Below are positions 36,601 through 50,419 of a stretch of DNA of 64,000 bases, piece by piece. Numbering within the stretch: position 1 is the first letter of the stretch; each line of letters starts with the position of its first letter. The notes beneath the pieces are model-generated. The model made no database searches. It was not told the origin of the DNA and saw only the letters and a program-made list of their open reading frames with translations. The position numbers and the translations under genes are program-made. This DNA comes from Okamejei kenojei (Eukaryota): the NCBI GenBank assembly GCA_035221665.1, contig CM069163.1, positions 16,864,001-16,928,000 of the forward strand. The letters run 5' to 3'.

Positions 36601-39600
36601 ATGACGAATAAAGATGGCAGTCACTTTAGCTCTCCCACATTCTATTAGAGGGGTGGGATCCATGATGAAAATGGGGACGCTTGAGGATGAGAATGAATGA
36701 GCTTGGAAGGAGATGCAACAGGAGAGTTGTGGAGTCCAATTGACTGAGTAGTAACAAGGAGGAGCCAACTGTCCAGATGACAGAAGGAACTACAAGAACA
36801 TTTTAAAAACAGGGGCAATGGGAAGACAAATACCTGTGGAGACTGATTGCAGGAGAATGAATGTTCACCTTCCCAAATCAAAACAACATTATTCAGTACT
36901 TTCAACACTCTAAACCTCAGCAGTCAATAAACCACATCAAGCCAAGAAACATGCAGATCAGTTCTTGAGCATTATGCTATTCCAATCCGTAAATAAAACT
37001 TTGCCTAAAAGCAAGCTGGAAATGTACTTATCAAACAGCAAAAAGAGCAATCTATTTCGCTCGGTCCGAATTCACAATAGCTGTGCTGTCAGTTTATTGT
37101 CAACATTTCAGTCACCTTGAAGGAATGGGGTGATGGTTATTTTCTCTCAGATGTTAGAGCAAACAATCAGGAAATTTCCACCTGTTGACTCCAAATATGT
37201 ACCTTTACTCTTTAAAGTGTATGCATCCTCTGCACACACTCCCACAGGGATCTTGACCAGGAAGGCCTCTGACCTGAAACGTTAGCACAAACTCTCTTTC
37301 CATAAATACTGCTTGACCTGCTGACCATTTGATGTATTTTCGGATTTTATTGTCCCTAATTTCACCCAAGGTACCCAGGAACGAAAGGCTCTTAATTCCC
37401 TCAGCTCTAAATATACCTTCAGTTCCTCAAAGTCAAACTCTTTGTGACTCAGCATGGGACTCAGAACAATCGCTTGGGATGCAATGCCCCAAATGGTTTC
37501 TTGCAAGTGTATCTAGTGTCACATTAGTTTTGTGTTCCGGAATATATTTGAAATTATCTGTTTGTTCCGTCGGTCAATTTGGATTTACAATTGCATACAG
37601 CAGGCTTGTTGGCAGAGGTGGAAGTAGGGATTCAAATAACAAAATATCCAGATGAGCACCTGAATTGCCAAGGCATTGGCAGATTAGGGCCAAATGCTGG
37701 TAAATGGGATTAGTACAGATAACACTTGATGGTCAGCATGGGTTTAGTGGGTTGAAGGGCCTATTTCTCTGCTGTAGGACTCAATGACTGAGTCCAAACT
37801 TGCCGACCTTTCCTGATCTCATTTTCATTGCCGGAGAGATGCAGACTGCTGAACGGGAGGTAAGGTCAATTGCCGGCACTCTGCTCCTAAACAATTGTCA
37901 TTGGACTTTATTTCATATGCAATCAATGAATGTGTGTATGCATGGGCCCACTGTTAAAATCCATAGTGGTCTATGGCTTTTACATCAAGCCATACTCAGC
38001 ATGTTTCACAGAGAGGGGGTTGTTTTCATTGAAAATATTCTGAGCCTCAGAAGACCTATTTTAAAATCAAATCTGAAAGCAAGTTCCCAGTGTTAAGCCT
38101 CGATCGCCAGGTGCGTGCTGTGGCTCAACGCTTTTTTGTGAACAAAATTTTAAAAGATTGTTAGATTGACCACAATTTTACTTGCAAAGCAAAGCACTTC
38201 ATCAGGAATTTTAGTAGCCGTCATCATCTTAATTATAAACGGAAGTGACAGATGAAGCTATAGTTGAGAAGATAAGTTGATTAAAGCTCCCAGAATCATA
38301 ATCAAGGGCGTGTAAAGTTCAATGCAAATTGTCAAGACTTCTGGTATTTAGGAATTTTGACTCTGATCATTTAAACTGTGGTCAACGATAAGGGATTCTC
38401 ATCCTCGACAAATCAGATCACTGGGAACCAGTTAATCTCCCATTTGCCTGGTTGGCTGATTCTTGCTGAGTTATAAACTATTCAGTCCCAACACCCCAAA
38501 CTGATCTTAGTGCAGAAACCCAAAGGGGTTTGATTAGGGTTGCACCCAATTCTGAGTTCAGCTGGGACAACATCTCGGCTTCAGTTTCTAGTCCACCTCT
38601 TGTGAAGGTGGGAATGGTATTTGGTTCCCTCTAGTGACTTTGATTATTTAATGCAGGGTTCCAGAATTTGCTGATTAGGCGTTAATTTTTCCAGACTTTT
38701 GTTTATCAGTGAAGAATTAATTCAAAATCTGAAATTATGCATCCTCTTAGACAGCTGTAGATGCCACTTGTTGCTGTATTTACATTAATATAAATACATT
38801 TGTGTTGATGGTATTGTTTCTCCTGCAGAGGGAACCTACCAATAATACATGAGACTTATGTTGTGATACAGCAGGGAAACTAAACCTTTGGCCCACTGAG
38901 TCCAAACTGACCAGCAATTTTCCAATTACATTACTCTTACATTAATCCCATTTTTATTCTCCCCACATTTTCATCAATTCAGCCCAGATTGTACCCCCTC
39001 ACATACACAACAGCCAGGGTACAGTCCTCTACCCCATTGCAGACATTGGACGCTTCATGTAATTGATGTGTTACAATGCTGAGAACCATATTCTGCACAC
39101 TGTATATTCCCCATTGCTCTATGTATTGTACTTGAGTTTGACGAATGTATTGATGTGTAGTATTATCTGATTTGTTTAGATAGCTTGCAAAACAACGTTT
39201 TTCACGTTGTAAACATGATAATATTCAATTTAAACCTAAACCCAAAAGGTAGTATTTCCAACAGTCTGGCATTTTCTGTATACTGCATTGGAGAGTTAGT
39301 CCAGTCTTTTGAGTTGAGTTTTTGAGTTGGACTGCAATGTGCAGTCAAGAGGTGAGAATGCCACCCTCCGAACAACAACTGACACCAGTAATCTAGCAGC
39401 ATAACCTAGGAGAATGCTGGTTCATTTTCTAGAAACTCAACACAAAGTCACTCTTCCCTGAATCAGATCCCAAGATCATGCTTGTGGCTCTCTCATTTCA
39501 ATTTCCCCATCTAATTTAATCGCAAGGTGACATGGACTACAGTGGCTGCATTGGCGATGGTCAATGGATGATTGAAATGTGCTGAGCCTAGATAGGAATG

Positions 39601-40169
39601 TATCTGCAATGTGACCTTATATGGATTATCAGACTAAAGGGGAGCGAATCCTGAAATGAAGCCTGCCGATTGCGTAGGATAACTCTCACTTTTGTTCCCT
39701 TGAAATGAGAATAATTTCTCAAACTATCAGTAAATTCTGTTTCTGTAGATTATCGTGAGGGGTAGATTGCACTTAATAATAGATGCACTGCAGATGGAAA
39801 TGTGGCATTTTGTTTAATATTGAAAATAATTTTAGTTTCCTTAATTCTGTTATTATGCATAACAGCTTTAAAAATCTAGTTTTACTCGGATGTTACCTGC
39901 CAGTTGAATTTGTGATATTGCCTGTTATCGTAAGACAAAAGGAAAGCCATTTGGCCCATTGAGTCAATGCCGGCAGACAGGAGAGGGGACAAAAGGGAAT
40001 GACTAGGGTATAATTGGTCCTTCGTTATTTTAGTCATAGTCATACAGCACGAAAACATCTTGCAGACCAAGATGCCCCATCTACATTAATCCCACCTGCC
40101 TGTGTTTGTCCCAATACCACCCACTTTGGTGATGTGTGTAAATTTGACTATACAAGGAACAGCAGTTTA

Positions 40170-40610
40170 TTTTAGCTGCTTTCCAGTGGCTGTTACAAGT
40201 GCAGATGAAGTTGTGGTGAGGGGGAGGGGGAGAGGATGTGGATGCAGTAGGGTGCGGGAGGCATGTCTATGTTATGGACTCGGTTACATAAACAGTTCTC
40301 CAATTTCTTGCAGTCTTGGTCAGAACTGTTGCGGATCAAAGCTGTGTTGCATCCTGATAAGATACTTTATACAGTGTATCTTTAGAAGTTGGTTAAGAGT
40401 GTTTGGAGACATGCCAACCTTCCTCAGAGCTGTTGGTGTGCTTTCCTGGCCACAGCTTCAATGTCTTTAAGCCAGGACAATTTTTTTTTTGGACATTTAC
40501 ACCTGGGAATTTGAACCATTTCCACTTTGGCACTGGGATGTGTATACCACCTCACTTCCCAAAGTCAATGAACAGCTCCTGCATCTTGCAGACATTGGGG
40601 GAGAGGCTGA
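40170..40610 (-). mobile_element. Rex1/Babar LINE fragment, decayed
   Basis: Colinear with 25400-25790. Confidence 0.65.
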
Positions 40611-41041
40611 GAGATTGGCGATCATTGCAAATTAGTCAGCAGGGGTGACAAACAACTTCCAGTTGGACCTCCAACATCTTCAGTTTTTACTAGGTCATTT
40701 TGATGGGGTAAGAAATGACAGGTGATCCATAAAAGTCCAAAACACAGTGATCAGAAGTATCTAGTAGGTACTGTTAACTCCCTTCACCCCATGAGAAATG
40801 GGCTCAGTGCAGACAGCCAGCTGCTGCCCCATTTGTGGTCAGTCATCGCCATATCTGAGCAGTTCCAGGAGGCAGCCACACCAGGCAGGAACCTCATCAA
40901 TTAACATCACCCAAGGTTTGCTAGGCTTTGGACGTTAATGTCAGGGCCTTCATGGCCTCCCACATAGAGCATGAAGATGGATTTGGTGAATACGACATCC
41001 AAAGTAACGAGGTGCTGAGAGGTTAAATCGAGATTACTCTT

Positions 41042-41242
41042 GGAGACACAACGAAATGCAGATTCTGGAAGCTCGAGTAGAACACAAAATGCTGGAGAAA
41101 CTCAGCAAGTCATACAGCATCCCTGGAGGACATGGATAGGTGACACTTCACAATTCTGATTCGGAAGAAGGTTCCCAACCTGAAAGGTCACCTATCCATG
41201 TCTTCCAAAGATGCTGCCAGACCCGCTGCAGTACTTTGTGTA
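41042..41242. mobile_element. Palindromic PLE-arm element
   Basis: agacatggataggtgac pairs with gtcacctatccatgtct; centre tcggaagaaggttcccaacctgaaaggtc. Confidence 0.8.
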
Positions 41243-43032
41243 CAATCCGATTTACTCCTACCAGGCCAGAAGGAGCTTGAGAACGATAAGGAATTTGATG
41301 AGAATGACATGCGCCATGGATGCCCCAGGTTCTCGATCCGCTGGAACTCCCTGTCAACTGGTTGGCCTCTGAACCAAATGATGTTGTGCCAGCCTAGAGT
41401 GGAATATCGTTCATTAAAGCTACCTGGCTCTCAAGGGTTGTGTTAATCAGGCCTTGCCATCAAAGTGAATGTAGCAACATTGATAGATGCATCGTGATTT
41501 AATTCTGTGATAGTTAAAATGTCGGGTGGCATAAAAATGCCATTACGTGTAATGTCTGACTGAGTACTTGGAGTTCCGTGATGTTTATGATCATCGAGTG
41601 TTTTCCTGTGTATGAGCTGCTGCTAGTGAAAGCCACCCTTGATTCTAAACAACCATTGTTAATTTCCCAAGCTCAGTTCACGTTCCGCCTTTATACAAGA
41701 AATGACACTTTCCCATCAGCCTGGCCAAGAACTGAATGCCCCCGATGTGAAATGACCTTTTTTTAATCTGTTGTTTTTATATTCCAGTGGTCTCCAAGGG
41801 CGTTAACCTTATGGCCCAGTCAATGAGAAATAGAGCCTGCCGTTCTGAGCATCAGAAGATTGATGGGAGTTGGGCCTCCTGATTACGTACTCACATTCCC
41901 TTTGAGATGTAATGAAGAAAGGTAGACAGCAGTCAGCTGGAAAAGATGCAGATAAAAAAATTATCAGATCTGTAATTATAGCCAAACAAGGTTTAAAAAC
42001 GTTGCCTTCTATTTTTACCAATAACAATTACTTTGATTCACCGGTTAGTAACCCTGTCCTCTTGAAGCAAGACTGTAGAACAAGCACATTCAACTGTTAT
42101 TGCTGAGCCCTGCTGCAGCGTTTGGACCCGTCCCAAGTACACTACAGCATGGTGCAATATATTGGAAATTACACAATGTCCTGCACGTTTTGGTTATGTA
42201 TCTTAACAGAAAGGTTTTATGGCTCATTTCTTTTGTGAAGAAGACATATATATAAATCCGATTCAAGTTGTTGTGAAGGTTGAATTTAGTGGCTGCTGCA
42301 AAGGTCAGCTGGTAAATCTCTTTTATTTTTCATGAGGCAGCCTGATCAAGAGTGGGAGATCCTTTCTGTTGTTCATTTAAATACTATACACATTTCTAAA
42401 ATTGTGCTGTACACAATCTGCAACTATTCTGGTTTCACTGCCTCTTCTCTATAGTTTCCCTCAACTGGATAATCATCATCTAATTATTCTCGTATGCATC
42501 CCTGTGTCACCAAGTCAGCTTCAGAAACCGACTCCGTCACCTCAACATCTCCTGGTCATTCCACATTTACCTCCCACCGTTTTCTGATTTACACACTGCA
42601 TCTTGGAACCCTAGTCATTCAGTCGTGTGGAGAATATCATTGGCAGGTAGCACTCTGTCATGAAGGAGTGAGAAATGTCTCACCCACCAAAAAGGATGTC
42701 CTTTTTCTGCAGTGGCATAAGAAGTGCTCTTGAATTATGTAAAGACAGGGCTTTTCTTTGAGACATATTTTTATCTGGAATGTCGATGACTCGCCAGGCT
42801 ATCAAGTTGTCCAATGTTGTGGTGTTTGAGATGCCAGGCAGATTCCCCTTCCCTGCCGCTGTTCTGAGGGCTCATGCAGCATTTACAGGTCAGCTGTTGG
42901 TCTGTCATTTCAGGCTGCTGGGCCTTTCTTGATATGTTTTATTCAGAAAAGTTTACAGTCTAAACAGAGCAGTGTTTTGTTTCAGTGTTCACATTTTACT
43001 GCTGGTGCCTGAAGCTGCCATCCATGTCATAG

Positions 43033-43330
43033 CATGAACACAAAGTGCTAGAGTAACTCAGTGGATCTGACATCATCTATGGAGGACATGGATAGGTGAC
43101 GTTTCATGTCGGGACCCTTCCTCAGACTCAGTCTAAAAAAGGGTCTCGACCCAAAACGTCGCCTATCCATTTCCTCCAGAGATGGCGCCTGACCCACTGA
43201 GTTACTCCAGCACTTTGTGTTCTATGCAAGATTGCAACTTTTGCATTAACAACAGATAATCCTCTGACATTTTCGCCACCTCAAACGGGATCCCACCACT
43301 GGCCACATCTTCTGCAGTTCCTTGTGTCTC
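43033..43330. mobile_element. Palindromic PLE-arm element (two 93-bp head-to-head arms) with a PLE ORF piece in its tail
   Basis: 43036-43128 is an imperfect reverse complement of 43130-43222. 43250-43312 translates QQIIL*HFRHLKRDPTTGHIF, a Penelope-like RT-to-GIY-YIG linker. Confidence 0.88.
43095..43128 (-). ncRNA. Minimal hammerhead-ribozyme-like motif (PLE type), probably decayed
   Basis: Minus strand AGU CUGAGGA A GGGUC CC GACAU GAAA CGUC ACC: CUGANGA box, short stem II, GAAA box and GUC site. Stem II is damaged in this copy. Confidence 0.55.
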
Positions 43331-44244
43331 CATGTCACAGGATGAGGTGATAAGAGAGGAGGGAGTGGGCATAGAGCAGGAATGATGGTATGTGTTTCAT
43401 CTAACGAAGCGAGAGCAGTGTACAAAAACAATTACATTGTATTAATAAATAGAGAATTGCACTGTGATTTTTCTGACCTTAACGTGTGAAGGCAGTTCCT
43501 GAATCTGATTCCAGTGATCAAGATAGCAGAGTGGAACCTCTAAAAAACAGGCATCCACAATAATATTTATCTGAAGGATTTAGCAGTCAACACAGATGAA
43601 AGAATTACAGCAATAAGCAAGGGCCTAAAAAAATGCACTGCAAAATATTCTTGAATGATAGTTCAGTCGAGGATAAATTAAACACCTAACATACTGGGAT
43701 GTTGAAACTGAGAATGAGTATCTGCTCCGCAAATGAAGTGTGAGAAGTAGCTGCCATCAGAGTTATTGCTGAATTCTACACGAGATCAAATGGTGCGTTA
43801 AAACGTGAGTGTGCTGTCTGTCATCCAGTCACTGAATGCTGGAACAATGAAGTGCAGAACAAGTGTTGGCAGGAGGGAAGGAATGAGAAGCGAACATCCC
43901 TGTGACTGCTCGTGAGCTGTGGAGTAAGGTTCAAAAAGGCCCGATGGATTCAGTTTAAAGTTTCTTGCAGAGTTAGCTAGGGAAAGAGAAAGTGTGTCAC
44001 TCATTGACCCAAACTGTCAACAGATTAGAGAGTCTGAGATTCCTTACTGCAGTGGGCTTGGGATAGCCTATCTTGAATGTGAAGCAGCCGATTGTGAAAA
44101 TGTCAGCATCTATAGCTGGTGCAACATTCCCAGTAGTGAGACAATTTTCTCTTGCCAGCAGACCACATTGACACTGGACTGCCAAAGCAAATGCTCCACT
44201 CTGACCTTTATCAGGAGAAAGTACTCGGCAGACAGAGGATAAGA

Positions 44245-44540
44245 GTCAGGGATTTGCTAAACTTTCGTTGAAGATCAATTCTTGGCAAATTCTGGCCCAA
44301 GATACACTGAAGGTAGACTCAAAACATCTGGAGTAGTGTTGAGAACCCAAAGGGCATTGGGAGCACATGGATGCTCTATTGATGGGGCAGAGAGAGCTCT
44401 CCACCTCACAAACAACTCCCTTGGATACTGGCTGCCCCCTCCATGGACAAATCTGCACTCCCCACTTTGGATTCACCAGTCACCTCAGAACCTACAAACC
44501 CAGAGCGAACCACATGGTCCTCAATCCCGAGGGACTTCCT
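44245..44540 (+). mobile_element. RTE-clade LINE 3' end, decayed
   Basis: GCPLHGQICTPHFGFTSHLRTYKP resembles the RTE C-terminal C2H2-like GL.SHLRTH motif; tail gtcctcaatcccgagggact. Confidence 0.65.
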
Positions 44541-47500
44541 GAGCAGTAGAGGAGCATTGGTGTGATTGGTCACCAGGAAGGAATCATGCTGCACCAGGCT
44601 CCTCACACCGTTAGCAGCCTCAGTATTTGGAACACAGCACTGGGAGTTTAAGTTTAATCTTTTATTTATACCATGCAGGAGAAAGTGTTGTAGTAGCAAC
44701 AGGTTTGTTGCATCCTTGTGCCTGGTTCAATGAACATTAAGTGCCTTTTAACTGTTACTATGGCAACTGTGCCCTCTCCCCTGTTATAAACAGCACATGA
44801 CATCCTGGAGACCATTCTCCTGAGACAATAAACCCAATAGGATGTGGTTTGTAGTGAAGAAATAATTCAGGGCTGTGAAAATGTTGCAGAAGAGGAGTCA
44901 AATGAAAGTTTAACCTAATATTTAATGTTGAAGATGTTAATGAGCTCGTTACCCAAGGTTCTGTTTGCAGTAGCGGCTATCTGCAGAATAACCAAGGCCC
45001 TATCTTGCAGCAAGCACCCAATGCATCAAAATAAATGGGTACCTTTGGGGTGAGACTGGGACTGGAATGGGGACAGAACCTTCAGGACACAGTGACCAAA
45101 TTTCAGAAGTGGAATTACTATTAAACAAAGAATTGGCATATTTAGCAGTCTGACCAAGCCGAGATATCTAATTGCTTTGGAAGGAATCTGTCAATACAGT
45201 GAAGATGCTGACCTTGTCATACATCCTGTAACTGGGAACAGAGACACTACCCTCGACTTATCCTTTCAAGTAAATCTCATTACGTGGCATTACATCTTTC
45301 ATTACAGCCCGATTTAAATAATTGCCACAGACCTCTGCCTCTCAGCACAGACTTGACAAGCAAGTTAAAAATTCAGCAAAAAAAAAACTCCACTGGTGCA
45401 GGAGGAATGTCAATGTTATGCTTGTGATTAAACAGAAAGATTCAACTGAGTATCTTAACATAAAGCTTACATATGATTTTTTTTCCCCAGTGCTCGTCAA
45501 GGTCTCTATAAATAATACATATCTGTGTCTGTGTATGTCTCGGACTGGCTTCTGCCTCAGGCAGTTTTACATTTAACAGATAATTTGTCAGCAAACTCTG
45601 GGAAGGGGAAAATGTAGCTCATTAATTTTTGCTAATCTGCATTCTTCCTCTTTAATAATGTATTGATTACTCTCATTTTTTAATTCCCTTGTTAGCAGTG
45701 CTGGGAGTGAGGGTCAGCTTCTGATGGATGATTCTGTTGGTGCCCACAAACTGCCTGTTAAATGATGAGATGAGCACCTTTCAAACTGACCTTCCACAGC
45801 TGGGCAGCTGAGATGCAACTTGAGTCAGGTGATAAAAATCAATATTCCTCCCCCTCTCCCAACCCCACCCCCACCCTAACAAACACCCAGAGCAGAATCA
45901 TGGGTGAACACACCCATTCATCAGTCAGTCTTGTTGATGCTTTCCCTGCCCCTGACGATGTATTAATCAGTTCTGTGTGCCCGGGCACCTGCCTGGGCAT
46001 GTTGACGGCTACAAAATATCCCCTGTCATTTGGTGATCATTAGCTAAATGCAACTTTAGGTTAGTTCATTATTGCTGTGGGCAACTTGTGCATTAATTTA
46101 TCTGTGGAAAGGATTAGCATGCATTAATTTATCCATGCTACAGGCTGTCATGTATGAGTGCATCACCACTCATTGGCTGCTTCTGCACATTAATTAATCA
46201 CCCTGAGCTCCCTCTATCCCCACCTTGCATCATCTTATCGTTCTTCACTGACAACATTATTATTAGCAGGAACAATTATTCAATGTCTGGTTCCATTGAA
46301 CCAGAACCAGATTGTTAAAACAGTGTTACAAAAGACCTCCAGTGAATCTGGCCCACACCTTTGATGTTTCAGTCAAGCACGTGGGAGCGTGCCTTTCACG
46401 CTGCCATTATTCATTCTGTCCGGCACACAGAGTAAGACCTTTCAACCATCAGCTGGTATTCAGAAGTACCCACTTCATTACAGAATCGCAGTCAAGGTTG
46501 CCACTGTGCATGCTCAACCTGATATCGTCATCTTTGTTGGGTGAATCCAATGCTTGATATTTGTGACAGGTGTCCTATGCTTAACTTGTGAGATATCACA
46601 TATTCTTCATGTTCACGGTTTTGTCCCTCAGTAACAACAGAAGCCTGATCAATGAACCTTCCTTTGAAGTGCAGTTTCCATTGTGATGAGTGAGATAGGT
46701 GTAGCTACAACTGCTGGGATTGGAATCCACGCAGTTGAGAGAAGAGAGGATTTCTTGCTTTTGTTTTCCAAGATAGTTACAGTACCAGAGAACAGATAGA
46801 GTTATTCAGATCCATTCATGCTTCAAGGAAGAATTAGTACTAGGTGAGAAGGTATGAGATAAAGAAAATCAATTTTGCTAAATGATCCAAAATTATTTAT
46901 TTAAAAAGGTGCTGGATCTTAAAAGGGAACATATTCCAGGGCAAAAGGGACAATTCTGCCATGTAGCCTCCTCAGTGAACACAGGCAAGATGGAACAATT
47001 GTCTTCTGTGCTGGATGATTCACAGAAAGTCACTGTGAATGGTATCCAGGCCCTTGTGATTTATTATTTCTCATGCAATGTTCTCTCTCCCATTCCCATT
47101 ATTGGAGGATTTGAAATGGAATTGGATAGAGACTCTTGTTCTCTACTTTGTTCCATCATTGCACAAAGATTAAGCAAAGTCTGCCATCTGTTCCATTTCA
47201 GAGGCGAAATTTTGATTTCTGAACCAAAATGGTCAACACTCACAAAAAGCAATGTATTCTTTTGCTGATGGAAGGCATTCTCATTACAAGAAAGATCCTA
47301 TTTTAAAGACCATTATGTCAAAGTGATATACAACAGAGGTTTGGGTTTTGAATTGTCACATGCTTCTTGACTAAGATGTTTTCTTCCTCATCTAGTAATT
47401 AGCACGGTATTCTTAGTTTAGCGAGAATTTTCAAGATTTGATACTTCCTGGAAACTCTGATGTGGAAGTTCATCCAAAATGTCACCATGCAGCACTGAGT

Positions 47501-49924
47501 AGACCATGAATGCTGCACACTTGTGCTTACACTACACACTTGTGCTTACAAGTAAAGTAGTGCTGAAATACCATAGAAGGTTACAGGGCCCTTTCAAATT
47601 GCAGGTATTCCAAAAGTGCTTTGAAAGTGTTATTGTCAAGGCTATAACTTTCACAATGTTAGGAGTATGTTTGATAGAACTCTAATCCTACAATGACATT
47701 TAACTAAACAACAGCAAGGCTCCGTCAACTCTTTAAAATCCTGCTTACACACACAGCTGTGAGATTCTTGTAATAAAGCTCTCAAGCTCAGCTGGAGGGT
47801 GAGCTATTGTACAAGGTAAGGAGTTCAGCTTGTAGTCGGTAAGGTGGGAGTTAGAAGCTTTATGTGACGCTTTGTACAAGCTTGACTTTATTCACATTGT
47901 TAGAAAAGCCGTACTTTCTCACTGAGCTATCTCACGCTGACATTAAAAGCTCTTTCAGATATTCAGCTCTTTCCCTCACCCGAGCCAAAGTAAAAAATAT
48001 TAATAAATAATCAAATTGATCCAATGGTTTGTTATTTATCGGGCCTATAAATAGTTTCATATCCAGGGGAGCAATTCAGCTGAAACAGCTGGTACTGAAT
48101 TCTGTTGAGTACAGTAATAGCCTACAACCTTGAGGAACAAAACCTTCACATCAGCTTGTCACCTTTCTGATCAACCCTTTGGTTTCTGTGCCATCCTGAT
48201 CATTTCTGCCTTTTATTCATTTCTCATAGATATGCCCCCCACTGACTCTGCAATCCCACTAATGGTCTATCTGCCTTGACCTGTCCCTTCTCTAATATCT
48301 TACTCCTCTTAATCAGATATTCTCTCTTCTCTTCATTGTGAAGCCATTGGAATGCTTGTTGAAGTAAGGAAGGCTGTGTCTTCAGCTAATGGGAAGAAAA
48401 ACAGGAGATGGATTAGGTGATTAACACTTAGAAATAGAGAAAGAGGGAAAGAGAGAGCAAGGAGTTCCAAAGTCTTGGATAAATAAAGAACAAAGCTGGA
48501 AGCATTATTTCTCAAATTTTTTTAATAACATATTCTTAATTGTCAATGTTCTCTAACCTAAAAATAATTGTTGACATCAAGGAATGTTCACTACAACACT
48601 CCTTTGCTGAAAATGCAATCCAGAGAAAATGTATTCTATATGATGTCTCTTCAAAGCTGTTCAGGGTTACATAAGCGTTTCACATTACAATCAATTGCAG
48701 AATGGACAAGAGCCACAAGCATAAAGCAACGATCAGCATTAGACTCCACCCCGAAATACTGCTGCCACATAACAAATAACAATGTCCATGTTCCCATGAT
48801 TGTTTATTTCTTGATTACAAACAAGGGGAGGACAGATACTGCCAGCTTTATTTGCTGTGGTGAGGGTAGGATGGTGTTGTGTGGTGAGGACGTACAAATT
48901 TTGCAGTTTACATTCTTGGCCATTTCATTTTTGACAGTCTTTACCTGCTTTGATTCCTCTGGCACCCTTATGAAAGCTATTCTCAACAAAGTTGCCCTCA
49001 ACCTTTGCAAACTTCCTATTTTCCCTTTCTAATAACTGCCTTATTTTCCAACCACTCTGTAAAAAATGTATTTTTGTACATAAGAAGCTCAGTTGAAGCA
49101 TAACTTACTGGCAGCATTGCAACGAGCATCACAAGTGTGCAAATGCAGGTCAGCATAGAACTGTCGTTAATTTTACCTCATTCAAAAAAGACGAGCCACG
49201 GAAACAGGCCCACCATGCTGCCTGATCAATACTGATCAATACTAATCCCATTTACCCTCATTAGGTCAATGACCTTTATGTTTACTATGTTTACATATTC
49301 TATTGTGCTACAGCAAGCAAGAATTTCATTGTTCTGTCTGGGACTATATGACAATAAAACATTCTTGACTCTTGCCTTGGCAATTTAAACACTTTTCTAG
49401 ACACTTCTTAAATGCTCTGAGCGTATCAGCCTCCGCGTAGTAAGGTAAAGTGGGAAATGGAAGTATTTGTCCTGCAATAGATGGTTTCAGTTCAGGATTC
49501 ATATCTACATTTGCTACACCTGACCCATTTATATTTGATATTATACTGACTATACACAGTGAAGGCTTTAATCCTTCAGTACAGATATTTTTGTTGTTAA
49601 TTAACACAACAAAATTAATGTAACTAAACACATTTTACAAGAGAAGTAAAGCTATCTGCACTCTTCCTCCAGGGGTAAATATTCTTATGGTCCCTGCTAT
49701 GAAATAATTTATCATAAGAATTATATCTCCACGGCATGAACAGATAATTTCTAGTTTGCCTACTTGAACAGGGAATCATTTTATAAAGAGAGACTAAAAG
49801 GTCATTTACAGCTCATTTGTATTTTTTCTCTATCTCAGTCTCAACTTTATTTCTGCAAATGTTTGCCCCACTCTCTTACCTCACGATGTTTCTCCACCGC
49901 ACTCGTGTCAGACGTTATTACCCC

Positions 49925-50210
49925 TCTTTCCACTCGGCCACGGAGTGTGGGTTCAAACCCCATTCCATCGATTTGAGCACCTCCTTTAACATGAGGAAGC
50001 GGGCCATTGTTACTTGTGTCATTCTTTCAAACTGAACAGAGATGTTCTTCCCATTATCCTTCCCATTAGATTATTAAAACAAATAATCCAGACCATGTAC
50101 ACACATTGACTGCCACATCTCTAGTATTACAGCTGTGACTTTAAAAGTTGTTCATTGGTTATAAAGCAGTTTAGAATGTCCTAACAAGTGGATGTAAATG
50201 GTAGTTCTTT
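49925..50210 (+). mobile_element. Ancient Deu-type tRNA-SINE remnant
   Basis: B box GGTTCAAACCC at 49950; ctgccacatctctagtattacagctgtgactttaaaagttgttcattggttataaagcagtttagaatgtcc resembles the DeuSINE 3' domain and L2 tail. Confidence 0.5.
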
Positions 50211-50419
50211 GCTTTCATGAAGGATTGGTGAGAAATAAGGTCATTGGTGCACCACTGTCCTCCAGCACTTCACCCAGGAAACTGCACTTCCTGTATGAAT
50301 AATGGAAGGTTTACCCAATGTCCCAGCAACAGTAGGATTTCATGGATGCCAATAAGATGAAAGATCTTCTGGTAATTATTTTTCTCTTATTTCTAATTCA
50401 GAACTATGGTACCTCTACT

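Noticed and set aside
41161-41192. Apparent compensatory stem II (AGGTT/AACCT) in a hammerhead-like core
   Set aside because: Mostly explained by CpG decay of AGGGTCCCGACCCG, and the CUGA box is mutated; not evidence of selection.
48568-49032. 154-aa ORF in repeat-poor DNA
   Set aside because: Non-ATG start, no recognisable motif and no supporting splice structure.
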